Shown here in pieces: positions 1-14,275 of a stretch of 64,000 nt of DNA. The stretch's first letter is position 1, and every line of letters begins with the position of its first letter. Below the pieces are notes generated by a model, which had not been told where the DNA came from, did not search any database, and saw only the letters and a list, made by a program, of their open reading frames with translations. Source of the DNA: Macrostomum lignano (taxonomy: Eukaryota); contig NIVC01000006.1 of NCBI GenBank assembly GCA_002269645.1, positions 1,046,055-1,110,054 on the forward strand, in the 5' to 3' direction. Made by a program: the position numbers and the translations under genes.

Positions 1-1293
1 ATTCCATACAAAAAACTAAGCGACCATATCGTGCTCCCACTTTGGTAGCAGAGTAACACTTAGGTCAAAATAAAGAAACTGGTGCAGAGAAATCGTCACT
101 GCTTGCGGTTCCATTTTGGGAGGCTTAAGTTCGCATCCCCTTTCGACCATAGTAAGAGTTTCGGCCTTTTGAAACAGCGTGCTAGTCATTTCGGCAAAGT
201 GAAGTTTCGGCCAAGTGAAAGAGAGTGCTTTTCGGCAAAGTGAAATTTCGGCCTAATGAAAGCGCCCCGACTGTTTGAGTCACGACCGCATCACGTGAGT
301 TGCAGAGTCGTTAAAGTCGCCTAAGAGTCGTTGTGTTACCCCTTAGCTTTTTACTAAACCCAAGCAGACTAAAAACAGTTTTATAAATGCGAAATGCGAT
401 TCTAATTCATAAATTGACGCAGGTGCGCTTTAGTAGACGCAACTCCAGAGTCTCAGGCCCCAGAGTCTCAGGCAATATAAAACGCCTCAAAATTGACTCT
501 TAGACGAATCTTTGACAACATTTTGGCAACTTTTACCGCGACATCTGGTCGTTTTGGATTCGTCTGGAGTCACTTCTTTCCTCTTTTACCTGTGTTGTTA
601 AACGAGGGTGGGAAGCCGGAGCCCGTATAAAACGAAACGGTCACAAGCGTTACAGACCACGGTAACAAGGGGAACGGTCACAGCCCCTTTTTGTGACCGT
701 TTCGTTTTATACGGGGAGGCTACCCGCGGATCAGCCCTGGGAGGGGCTCTGCCGCTGAGGGGCACTACCAGGGGCCTAAGCCCGAGATACCCACATGATT
801 GGTCCCCGACGTCTAGGCCAGGAGGAATTTTGGAGCTACTAACCCAAACCTATGGTACAAGACACCGCCAACCCCAAAAGTGGAATCAGGGACGGTGCTA
901 GGACCGAGTCCAGTCCACCCAGGCCAGCCCCCAGCAGACAAGTCCTCGGGAGTGCGCGAAAAAACAGAATTGGAAATGAAAATGTTGGGTATACTACTGA
1001 AAGCCGTCCAAGAGCGGGGAAACCCAGAAGTCTTGGAATAGGGCTTAACTATTGGAGTGAACTGTGTTACCTGCAACGACTCTGGGGCAACGCAAGTCAC
1101 TCTGGGACGCTTCTCGGCCTATGTACTGTTCACATCAGTTTTGTACATGACCTTGAAATAAATTAAGCAGAGGTGCAAGCTGAGATAATTGATATTGAAG
1201 CTGAGAGATGCATTAAATAATCTATAGGTGGAAAATGAATTGAACTCGGGGTACTTTGAAGAGAGTCAGACGCGTGTCAATTTATTGAACTAG

Positions 1294-3061
1294 CCAAGCC
1301 CGATACAACGCCCCCAAACCAAGGTCGGACTGCTGCTGTTTGTCTGCCTCTGGCTGCTGTTCGCCAAATGCAACGAAGGCGTCACAAAGCTGATCAGTCG
1401 GAGTCGAGCGCCAGTTGTTAACCTGGCAGCCTCCTCTGGGGCCTCGCATCGCAGACAAGCCGCCTGTCTGTGCTTAGTTTGCCTAGCAACTGTGCTTCTA
1501 GTTATTTACCTCTTCAAAGAGCAGTCATTGTGGCTCAGTCTGATTTGTTTGCCACCAAATTTGCAAACCTACGGCTTCTGGAGCCTGCTGTTCACCGTGA
1601 CTGTCGCTGATATGCTGCTAAAGTTTGTTGTCATGTCGATTAAACTGTCGGCTGTCTGCTTACTGTCTGACAGGCTGTCTTGCGTGTCGCTAACTCGGAT
1701 TTATTTAATAGTGGAACGATTCTATCAGCTGTACAGACAGTTTGTCCCCATCGGAGTCTGGTATGTCACTCTCGTGTCTGGCGGCGGAGCCGACTCCTCA
1801 CGTATCTACACCAGCCTGCTAGTGATTGCCTATGCCATTTTTAAAGTGAGTTCTGCTTACTGCTTTTACGTTAGTTTATTTTTAATTTTTTTGTTTTTAA
1901 TTTTGATAACAGTAACTGTTGTTTCCGAGTACACCTGCATTGATTAGTGATATCCACTATAAACTCTGCGTCTGCTCCAATCCCCCCAGCCGTCTGCACC
2001 AACCCCCCAGCCATCTTAACCAATCCCCTAGCCGTCTGCACCAACCCCCCAGCCGTCTGCACCAACCTCAGCCATGTTCACCAATACCCTAGCCGTTTGC
2101 ATCAACCCCCCCCAGCCGTCTGCACCAACCCCCAGCCGTTTGCACCAACCCCCCCCCCCAGCCGTTTGCACCAACCCCCCCCCCAGCTGTCTGCACCAAC
2201 CCCCCAGCCATCTTAACCAATCCCCCAGCCGTCTGCACCAACCCCCAGCCGTTTGCACCACCCCCCCAGCCGTTTGCACCAACCCCCCCCAGCTGTCTGC
2301 ACCAACCCCCCAGCCATCTTAACCAATCCCCCAATCCCCTAGCCGTCTGCACCAACCCCCCAGCCATCTTAACCAATCCCCTAGCCGTCTGCACCAACCC
2401 CCCCCAGCTGTCTGCACCAACCCCCCAGCCATCTTAACCAATCCCCTAGCCGTCTGCACCAACCCCCAGCCATCTTAACCAATCCCCTAGCCGTCTGCAC
2501 CAACCCCCCAGCCATCTTAACCAAACCCCCAGTCGTCTGCACCAACCCCCAGCCATCTTCACCAACCCCCAGCCATCTTCACCAACCCCCAGTCGTCTGC
2601 ACCAACCCCCGGCTTTTATAATATTTATGTTTATTATTTAAGGCAACTTTTATCTAAGGTAAACCAACTACTGAGAGTAGCATCTATACCTAGCAATAAC
2701 AACATCTCCCCCCGGGCAGGTGCACAGCCTCTATACCTCGGCTATACCGCTAGTCAAGATCCTGGCCAACCTAATCCAAACCCCAACGCTATTCGGCAAT
2801 AATACCGCTCAATCGTCAACTAAGAGCTCCGACACCGGTAGTTGCTCCGACTCGAACGAGTGCCCGATCTGTCGCGAGCTGATGCGCGGTCCAGTTAGAC
2901 TGGCCTGCCAGCACGCCTTCTGTCTGGACTGCCTGCTGCGCTGGCTGGCGCAGTCGCGAACCTGCCCGATGTGCCGTCAGGCTGTGGCGCCACCAGTGGA
3001 CGGCCAGGACGCTCTGGCCTGGCTAGATGGCTCCACTACATCCGGGTTGCAGATCTACTGA
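1294..3061 (+). CDS. RNFT: RING finger and transmembrane domain protein (RNFT1/RNFT2 family). Coding exons ~1294-1845 and 2720-3061; no in-frame ATG at the 5' end
   Basis: Open frame 1294-1845 encodes TM helices (SLWLSLICLPP..FWSLLFTVTVADMLLKF..YRQFVPIGVW). Donor AAA|GTGAGT at 1845 and acceptor GGCAG| at 2719, both phase 0. Exon 2 has a C3HC4 RING (CPIC..CQHAFCLDC..CPMC) and ends DGSTTSGLQIY*, matching the RNFT C-terminus. Confidence 0.9.
1982..2612. repeat. ~21-bp C-rich minisatellite (CCCCAGCCGTCTGCACCAACC / CCCCAGCCATCTTAACCAATC) in the RNFT intron
   Basis: Directly visible tandem array between donor 1845 and acceptor 2719. Confidence 0.95.
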
Positions 3062-3166
3062 CTTACGGTTGGAGTTCTAGGCAAAAAACATGGCCTATTG
3101 CTAAATGGCCCATTTTTTGTGAAATGCTTAATTTGTTTTTTTTTAAAGTTTATTGTCGCTAAATTT

Positions 3167-3446
3167 ACCTGAGCTCAAAGACTCACCTGAGCTCAAAGAC
3201 TCACCTAAGCTCAAAGACTCACCTGAGCTCAAAGACTCACCTAAGCTCAAAGACTCACCTGAGCTCAAAGACTCACCTGAGCTCAAAGACTCACCTAAGC
3301 TCAAAGACTCACCTGAGCTCAAAGACTCACCTGAGCTCAAAGACTCACCTGAGCTCAAAGACTCACCTAAGCTCAAAGACTCACCTGAGCTCCAAGACTC
3401 CCTGAGCTCAAAGACTCGCCTGAGCTCAAAGACTCACCTGAGCTCC
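3167..3446. repeat. 18-bp tandem repeat (CCTGAGCTCAAAGACTCA), ~15 copies
   Basis: Directly visible; accounts for the repetitive ORFs 3153-3482 and 3143-3376. Confidence 0.95.
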
Positions 3447-4437
3447 AGGATCAAGCCCAAAAAGTATTCCACAGAGACTTAAGTGTCGCCTGAAGTTTCT
3501 GTTGCTTTATCTAGATCCTTTTTATTTCACTTATTGCCCATTGTATCCTCCTCAAAACGAACTGATATTCAGTCAGAGCCTTGAGGTTTCAAATCGATTT
3601 ATCAGCTTATTAACATGTTTAATTTTTTGTTTGATGATTTTTATCTGTACCAGTTTAATTTTTAAAAAGCAAAAATATAATAAATCAAACTTTTGTTTTA
3701 AAAGCAACCAATATTTGTGCTGTATTTCTGACGGTAGCATGGTGAAGTGTTTTTACATCGAATATTCATCGCTAAGTTTTTAATTTAAATTCCTATTATT
3801 TTTTTCAGAACTTAGTATTTATCAAAATTAAATTGCTGTACATTGTCTTCTGTTTTGTCTTCTTCTGTGTTCCAAAGTTTTTTCACTAACCTCTGCTTGT
3901 TAATAGAAGGTTATATTGTTTTCATTCTATTCAGAGAATTGTTGCAAGATCAGAGATTAAACTATTTTTATTGGTTGTTGGTCAGAATTTTTTTAATTGT
4001 TTGTTTCTTGTTGATTTATTTTAGTTTTAATGATGAATGCAGTAGGCTATTTTAGTATTGAATAAGTTTTGCGACCTTAATCTAGTTTTGCACAGGAAAA
4101 ATCGGTTTTTTATTCTTGCCAGTTGCCAGTCAAAGTACTTTATAACAGGTGTTCCTGGTCGATCATGGACTCCCAGTTTTAGCAAAGATACTAGAATAAC
4201 TCGCAGTTAACGTTGTGAAGTATGAAAAAGTAGAGCGTCTACTCTGTGTTCAGTAGTTCGTCTGCACAGTGTCACTTATAAATTTAATATAACAGTTAAA
4301 ATTTCTTTTTTCCTCAGGATTTGCAGCCTCAGGAGTATGTGGGGTTAAGAATGAACAACAAGCATTTAACTTAATGTGCAAAAGTGAACGCAAAACGGAC
4401 GAAACTCAGCTTAGGGGCGAGCGAGGCAGACCCAAAA

Positions 4438-4743
4438 ATGATATATAACAACTGGATTGTCAAACTACTCTATCTATAAGGGTTGAATATGCCTAAAATG
4501 TGACTCGCCAAACCCCTGCTTCCAGCTCATTGGCTGCTATTTTTAGCTCACTTGCTATGCCGACCTATGTAAAAACATTGCCTGGTGGTTAGAAAACTAG
4601 CTAGGACGGGTGTGTTTGCAAGGTTTTTTTTCTTCCTAGTGTATTTAAAACCCTCCAGCCAATGAGCATAAAAGAGGGGATTTGCGGGTCAAAATTTAAA
4701 CATGCTTTAGCGCCAGTCTGACAATCCAGTTGTTATATATCAT
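4438..4743. mobile_element. MITE, ~305 bp, with 25-bp perfect terminal inverted repeats
   Basis: ATGATATATAACAACTGGATTGTCA (4438-4462) and its exact reverse complement (4719-4743); extra subterminal inverted motifs (TCATTGGCTG / CAGCCAATGA). No clear TSD. Confidence 0.75.
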
Positions 4744-4749
4744 CCTCGG

Positions 4750-5250
4750 GCCCAATCTAGCTCAGCCAATGAGAGAGCAGTAAGGAGAGAGGTCAAAGTC
4801 AGACGGACGAAACGCAGCCTAGGGGACAGGCGCAATCTAGCTCAGCCAATGAGAGAGCAGTAAGAAGAGAAGTCAAAGTCAGACGGACGAAACGCAGCCT
4901 AGGGGACAGGCGCAATCTAGCTCAGCCAATGAGAGAGAAGTAAGAAGAGAAGTCAAAGTCAGACGGACGAAAATCAGCCTAGGGGGTAGGCCCAATCTGG
5001 CTCAGCCAATGAGAGAGCTGTAAGGAGAGAGGTGAAAGTCAGACGGACGAAACTCAGCCTAGGGGACAGGCGCAATCAAGCTCAGCCAATGAGAGAGAAG
5101 AAAGGAAAGAGGTCAAAGTCAGACAGACGAAAATCAGCCTAGGGGGCAGGCCCAATCTGGCTCAGCCAATAAGAAAGCAAAAAGGATAGAGGTGAAAGTC
5201 AGACGGATGAAAATCAGCCTAGGGGGCAGGCCCAATCTGGCTCAGCCAAT
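4750..5250. repeat. 80-bp tandem repeat, ~6-7 copies, each with an AGCCAAT (CCAAT) motif
   Basis: CTCAGCCAAT recurs at 4761, 4841, 4921, 5001, 5081, 5161 and 5241, an exact 80-bp period. Confidence 0.95.
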
Positions 5251-5312
5251 TCGTTCCGTTAGTTTTTCAATACCCAACGCCACGCCACGCTCGCCCCCGC
5301 TCTTTTTTCCAG

Positions 5313-8584
<3,272 letters not shown>

Positions 8585-8675
8585 ACTTTAATATTCCACT
8601 CTGCTGCGTTAACTGTATCACTTTAGTCTGTAAAATTCTGCTGTAACTTCTAGTTAATAATATATATTAAAAAGT

Positions 8676-8878
8676 CAGCTCAGCCGCAGCTATTGCGTGG
8701 CGCATCCTGGAGGCTGCGTACGGCCACAACCACCCTCAATTACCCATTTTACAGCTGGTTGAACTGAAGCAATGCAGAGTTGAACGTGTCTTGCTCGGGG
8801 ACACAAATTGTTCCGAGTGGGTCGGGAATCGAACCCCCGACCATTCAGTCTACAGTCTACCACTAGGCTACAGTCCCC
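8676..8878 (-). mobile_element. tRNA-derived CORE-type SINE, 3'-truncated copy
   Basis: Reverse strand has A box TAGCCTAGTGG and B box GGTTCGATTCC, then a CORE-like segment; similar to the copies at 15901-16209 and 55522-55823. Confidence 0.8.
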
Positions 8879-9778
8879 TTTTTATAAGTTCCCTAGTTAG
8901 AAACTAAATCGAATTCAGATTAGGATTCAAGGACTACTTAAGTAGAAGGACGGGAAATCTCGTTTCTTTTAAAATTGTAGTACGCAGTACGCAGAAATCG
9001 CGTGTTTAAAATGGGGTTCCTTTTTGCATCTGTAAGCAGTCCCTACTTGTGAGCTAACTAACTACGGTAAGTAGTATAAGCAGCATTTGAAACTTGCGCA
9101 GTTAAAGTTTACAGGCAATGCTTTGAGATTCTGTTGTTGTTGTATATTCTACTGTTTTATCTGTTTAGTGAGTAGGATGTACTTTTTATAAATTGAATAA
9201 TGCGTTTTTTATCTTACGATCCCAGTTCTTTACGACTATAAGCGATTATGTTGACTTGTAAAAGTTGTCAGTTCCTTCCTTCAAATAGCTTTTTTATCTA
9301 TTCATTATTTCTATATTTAGTAATTCAATACATATCTGTGTAATGTTTATGCAACTATCAACATCTTTCTGGCATATACGAGCTAAATGTAATAAAAACG
9401 GCTTGAAATTTTTTTAACGCCAAAGCTGTTTATCGGCTGTCATGCATTCCAACTAAGCTGAGATTAAATATTGATTGCTCTTAAATCCATTCCTTTTTTC
9501 CTCATGGTCACATGAGACTAAACGTCTTCATCCCAAGTTGACTTTCTGGACTCAAAATAATTGGCATGACAGCTTTGGACGAGTTAAGTGTGTGTACTTT
9601 TGGCTTAGCAACTAATGTCTTCTACAGCTTCTGTCTGTGGCCCTTACCTCCCCCCTCACTAGGCAGTTAGGCAGTGAGAAATCTTTTCTGCAGTCAAAGG
9701 CAAAACTTTACGCTGCCAATCTATTTGCTTGAAAGCCATCCATTTCGAAGGCGACTTCGGCTAATTTGATAACACAGG

Positions 9779-10865
9779 ATGGCTCCGGACGACAAATCTG
9801 CCAACAATCGAGTCGAGCTGGACATCTCAACAGACAGCTCGGACAATGCTCAGCCGTCCAGACCGAAGCGGATTCGGCGACCTGGCGAAGACGGCTGGTT
9901 AAAGACGTTTCACGATCCGAACGCCGACAGGAGCCTGTTGGATTCGCTGCGCCGTTGCGAGTTGAACCCTGACCTGCCGAGGATGCGGAGGCTCAACTGT
10001 TACTGCGGCACCGCGGTGCACCGGCAGGACAGCTGGCACGTGATGGTGCTTGACGGCACTCTGGTGTGCAACGGCTGCGCCCGCTGCCACTGTTGCGGCC
10101 GCCAATCAGTGCCAAATAGTCGCAAACTGGTCTCCGTTGACGGTTTCGTGCTGTGCTACACCTGCCTGCACATCTACGGTCACTTTAGGCAGCCTAAACT
10201 GCGGATTCGCGTGCAGGCCATCGCTGTGAAGGTGTGTTTTATGGTCCACTGCGTGGAATCCAGGGGAAAAATATCTAGGGTTATGATATGATGTACAATA
10301 GGGCATCAGCACCAAGAGACAGCGATGTAATTAGGAGTGGATTTTATAATGGAATAGATACAAGTGCAATAGCGGGGATCTGCTCGCACTACAGGACCCG
10401 CTGCAGTCCAACACAGACCAATCCACCTCTGTCGCTGCTGTCCCCGACAACGTGAGCAACAGCGAGTACTATGACCTCAACGTGCCGCGGACCAACCGCT
10501 GCTGCTACACTCCGAAAGACGACAGCCGTAGGCGCGTCAGAATCGAGCGCTATTACGACCCGCCGGTGCGTCGACTGCCCTTCGAAGACGACCCGTGCGT
10601 TGTGCCACCGACCTACCTGGCCGAGGACAGCGGCCGCCGGCAGATGGTCTGTCCGGCCTGCAACAGCATCGCCCTGGGACCGTCCGCCTACACAGTGCCA
10701 GCAATGGCCCAAGTCTACCACAAGCGCTGCTTCCGCTGCTGCAACTGCAGGGAGAGCCTGTCGTGCGGAGTGCAGGTTGCCGGCATCAGCTTCGAGTATT
10801 GCGCCTGCGAGGTGCCGCTGGTCTGGTGCACCAAGCCCGCGTGTCAGACGGCTAGGTGGGTTTGA
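9779..10865 (+). CDS. Protein with two LIM-like zinc-binding domains. Exons 9779-10231 and 10395-10865, ~307 aa
   Basis: ATG 9779 just after acceptor ACAG|G; phase-0 donor AAG|GTGTGT at 10231 and acceptor ACAG|GAC at 10394. Second domain is CPAC-x19-HKRCFRCCNC..C (LIM consensus); first domain is an all-Cys variant. Could instead be two separate genes. Confidence 0.75.
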
Positions 10866-10932
10866 AAGCCAGCACTGCACTTTCTCTTAGCAGGATCGAA
10901 TTGATTCAACATTGACGCCAAGCTCCAAGGCA

Positions 10933-11498
10933 CAGAGAGTGTCAAAGAGTATTGAGGTCGCCTAGTATAGAGTGCCAATAAGGATGAAAATCTGAAGCCG
11001 ATTTTTAGAATCCACCCACCCCCTCCGGTCACCAAGCTTTTTAGTCTATGGCAAAAGTTGTGGCTAGAATGGTGTACAAAGCCGATGCTCAGAAATATAA
11101 GACATTTCACACTTAGAAAATGCATGCATCAAATAAGCAGGACAACATCGCTCAGTTGCCGTCGTCGATACACAGCTCCGTAACAGCCATGCCATGTAGC
11201 CCTTACGTCTGAACAACAACAGCCATGCCACTAAAGTGCGCGGTAGCTAATTGCAATAACTGCGTTTCTGATGCATCTGTATCCTTCTTTCGTCAAAGGA
11301 CGTCGATCGTCGAGATCTGTGTATGTATATGTCTATGTATATTTCTAAGCATCGGCTTTGTACCATTCTAGCCACAACTTGTGCCATAGACTAAAAAGCT
11401 TGGTGACCGGAGGGGTGGGTGGATTCTAAAAATCGGCTTCAGATTTTCGTCCTTATTGGCACTCTATTCTAGGCGACCTCAATACTCTTTGGAGACTG
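10933..11498. mobile_element. Long-TIR MITE / foldback element (~155-bp inverted arms, ~240-bp spacer), possibly Tc1/mariner-related
   Basis: 10943-11100 is the near-perfect reverse complement of 11339-11491; right end ...GAGACTG|TA resembles a CAG terminus plus TA target. Confidence 0.75.
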
Positions 11499-11800
11499 TA
11501 CATGCCTGACGATTAGAAAGCCAAAAGGCCGCTGTACACCCTGTGACGCTGTGTGAGCGTGTGCATGAGTGATCAGGAGTCTGCGGAATGGCAGAATTTC
11601 CTCACCGCTAGTTGTTAGGATCATGCCGCCGAACAAATCCCAAACAATAGCCTCGGACCGTACCGTCAGTTATCGAATCCAGCGGGTTTGGCCGAGACCT
11701 TTCTAGAGCTTGCGTGGACATTCCATTAAAAACGAACATTTGAGCATGCAGTGAATTGGACATCAATAAACGCCCCCCAATTCCAATTCCAACCGCGCAG

Positions 11801-11981
11801 ATATCTTCACCACAAAGTCAGCAAGTGCCGTCTTGGCTGCATTCGCCCGGGCGGTCGCATTCAGAACGACTGCACCCAGGAGGAGACCGAGACCAAGACC
11901 CACGGCAGGCGGAAACGGCAGGGCAAACAGCAGCAGCAGACGCAGGGTGAACAGCGCGAAACCAGCGAAATTTCCGAGTGA
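11801..11981 (+). CDS. Possible terminal exon of a small hypothetical protein (YLHHKVSKCRLGCIRPGGRIQNDC...SE*)
   Basis: Acceptor-like CCGCGCAG| at 11800, GC-rich coding-like composition, stop at 11979-11981; upstream exon not resolved. Confidence 0.35.
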
Positions 11982-12719
11982 CCGGGTCGGGTCCACAGCT
12001 GGAAAGCTTTTAAGGCGTTCAAAAACATCCCAAATTTAATATAAATTAGCCATTTAACTATTATTAAAAAAACAACTCAACCAGATCTTCTGTTCTGAAA
12101 TACCACTGATTTGTGTACTACTACCAGTACTACATCTGCAATGCTTAGATATTGTTATTACAAGGTAACTTGTGTGTCTCTATCGCTCCCGGTATACATA
12201 ACGTACTGTACGCATTCTGTACTGCATCGTGTCTGCCTATGTAGCTGCCGCAAATATTTTGTAGCGTTTTGCAACCTTGCTAATATATTTATGTACTGTT
12301 CTTTATTTATACAAGTACTACCACTACCAATAATATATATACCTTTGTACTCTGTATGGAGCAAACAGGTTGCCTAATGACATCGGTTTACAGCATCAAG
12401 ATGGCGTCTTTATTTGTTTGTTTATTATTAATTTTTAATTTACGAATTGTCAATGATAAACAGAAAACGCACTTGAAAATAGTTTATAGACGTTAGCTAA
12501 CGGGATTTAAAATTTAACAGATTTTATTGAAACGAGTAGGCAGATACAGCACAAATTTAATTTGAAAATTATGTTTCAATAGCTAATTATTGACCGTGCA
12601 GCTCGCCTTTCTAATGCATTGTTTGCATATCATTGACAAAGAAGCAAAAGAAGTTTACTATGCCGCTTGTCCCGGCATCGGATTTGTGGACCAACAATTA
12701 AACAAAGTATATTATAGCA

Positions 12720-12944
12720 CAGGGGTCGACAAGCTTTTTACATCAAGGGCCAGGTTAGAGATTCTATTAGATCATTGCTGCGGGCCAGATGAGAGAGGAA
12801 GAGGAGATGAGAGATGAGATGAGAGAGAAGATAGGAGGAGAAATGAGATGAGGGAAGAAAATAGAGGAGATGAGAGGAGAGATGAGAAAAAATAGGAGAG
12901 ATGAACGGAGAGGATAGATGAAAGGAGAGATGAGATGAGATGAG
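12720..12944 (+). mobile_element. hAT (Charlie-like) transposon left-end fragment followed by a (GAGAT)n purine-rich tract
   Basis: CAGGGGTCGACAAGCTTTTT...AAGGGCCAG...GCGGGCCAGAT resembles hAT-Charlie termini; no right TIR found. Confidence 0.55.
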
Positions 12945-13400
12945 CTAGAGGACAATCACTGGCTGAGCCTTGTCCAGAAAGTCGGCTAGAAAAGTGTCCG
13001 GTGTGAGCTGTCCGGCAGTCCGATGGGCGGCACTGTTGGTGGCTTCGCACAGGTCGCAATCGCGCGGCTGCAGCAGGTAGGGCGGCAAGTAGATCGGGTT
13101 GCGCAGCAGACAGAAATCCGTCATCAGATTGCGCCAGTCGAACCAAGGCAGCACCGCTTGCACAAGCAGGATTCGAGCGTGGCTTAAAGCAAAGTACTTG
13201 ACGCACTCGCACTGCAGTGTCCAGCTGAGCATCAAACAGGCTGCGACAGCAATGACCAACTTGCAGCCGTATTTGCGCCACAAATTGACCAGGTAGCAAC
13301 AAACTAGCTGCCAGGCATGATTTTGCGTACCTTTGCCAGATTTTCTATCGGATTCGATCTGCTTTCCAAGCTGGTCGATAAGCTGGTCGGTGTCGGACAT
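12945..13400 (-). pseudogene. Truncated C6orf89/BRAP-like type II membrane protein; 151-aa ORF ends at the repeat junction
   Basis: N-terminal TM, CLLRNP, CDLC and F-x3-FL-x4-PVIV pattern resemble C6orf89-like/JmjC-entry motifs; stop coincides with the edge of the GAGAT/hAT insertion; no downstream exons recognised. Confidence 0.55.
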
Positions 13401-14275
13401 GACTTGCGGGTTTGTATGAATGCAAATCTGACCTGCTTCTCATTTCATTTCAAATTTCTACTGCAGCAGAGTTTATATATAGGGCATTGCCGAATCAGTT
13501 TCTTTGGGAAGTGATTTGGAGATGCTGCTCTCGGGAGTAACGGCTTCACCCCCCCCCCCCGAGAGGATTCGCCTTATCGCATTCATCCAGACCTTGACTC
13601 GCGCTCCCACTCAGCCTTCCTTCCTAGTAAATTCTGTGGCGTGACTTCTGCCAAGATTGATAATGGCTGCTGAGGAAAATCCTTGGATATATCCACCCGT
13701 TTCCTGAATTTTTCCTCAATCTTAATCACTACGGACCGGGGATTCTGATGGGCATTTTCCTGTCCCGGTTTGGTTCGTCTTGGGGGGGGTCGCAGTTTTG
13801 CCTGCCTCTATTTGTTAAACGCAATCTCATTCTTTTGCCTGTCTTTTGTATTTGATAAATGTTTTTTTCCGCATGAACGTTTAACTAGCTTGCCTATTGC
13901 TGTAACTGTACGCTCTACCCATCAACATTCGTGAGCCTAAAACGAGTAGCCAACCAAATAGCCCAGCTATTGTTCTCTACACTGCTGCAACCGTCTATCT
14001 TGCACATTGGAAATAGTTTGTTAGACAATTGTGCTCTGGAGTACAAGGGTGAAAACGTACTTGACCCGTCTAAAAACTACGCAGATATTGCACGCTCAGT
14101 GGTTGCATGCAATGTAGTTTAATTTTTACAGCGATGATAAATTTTTTACATCAGGGAAACTAATTTAATCTTTTAAAATATAACCCTTCCGATCCAGGGT
14201 TACACAAGTTTTTTTATTCGACAAGGTTATTACATTTACCGAGTTTTTACGCGTTTCAAAGCTTTGAACAATCGC

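Noticed and set aside
150-265. Degenerate TTTCGGC(C/A)AAGTGAA repeats
   Set aside because: Probably the subterminal part of a TIR element, but no boundaries are visible in the window.
608-1166. ORFs 608-901, 813-1100 and 852-1166; possible retroelement fragment or HDV/hammerhead ribozyme
   Set aside because: No recognisable domain or complete ribozyme core could be traced by eye.
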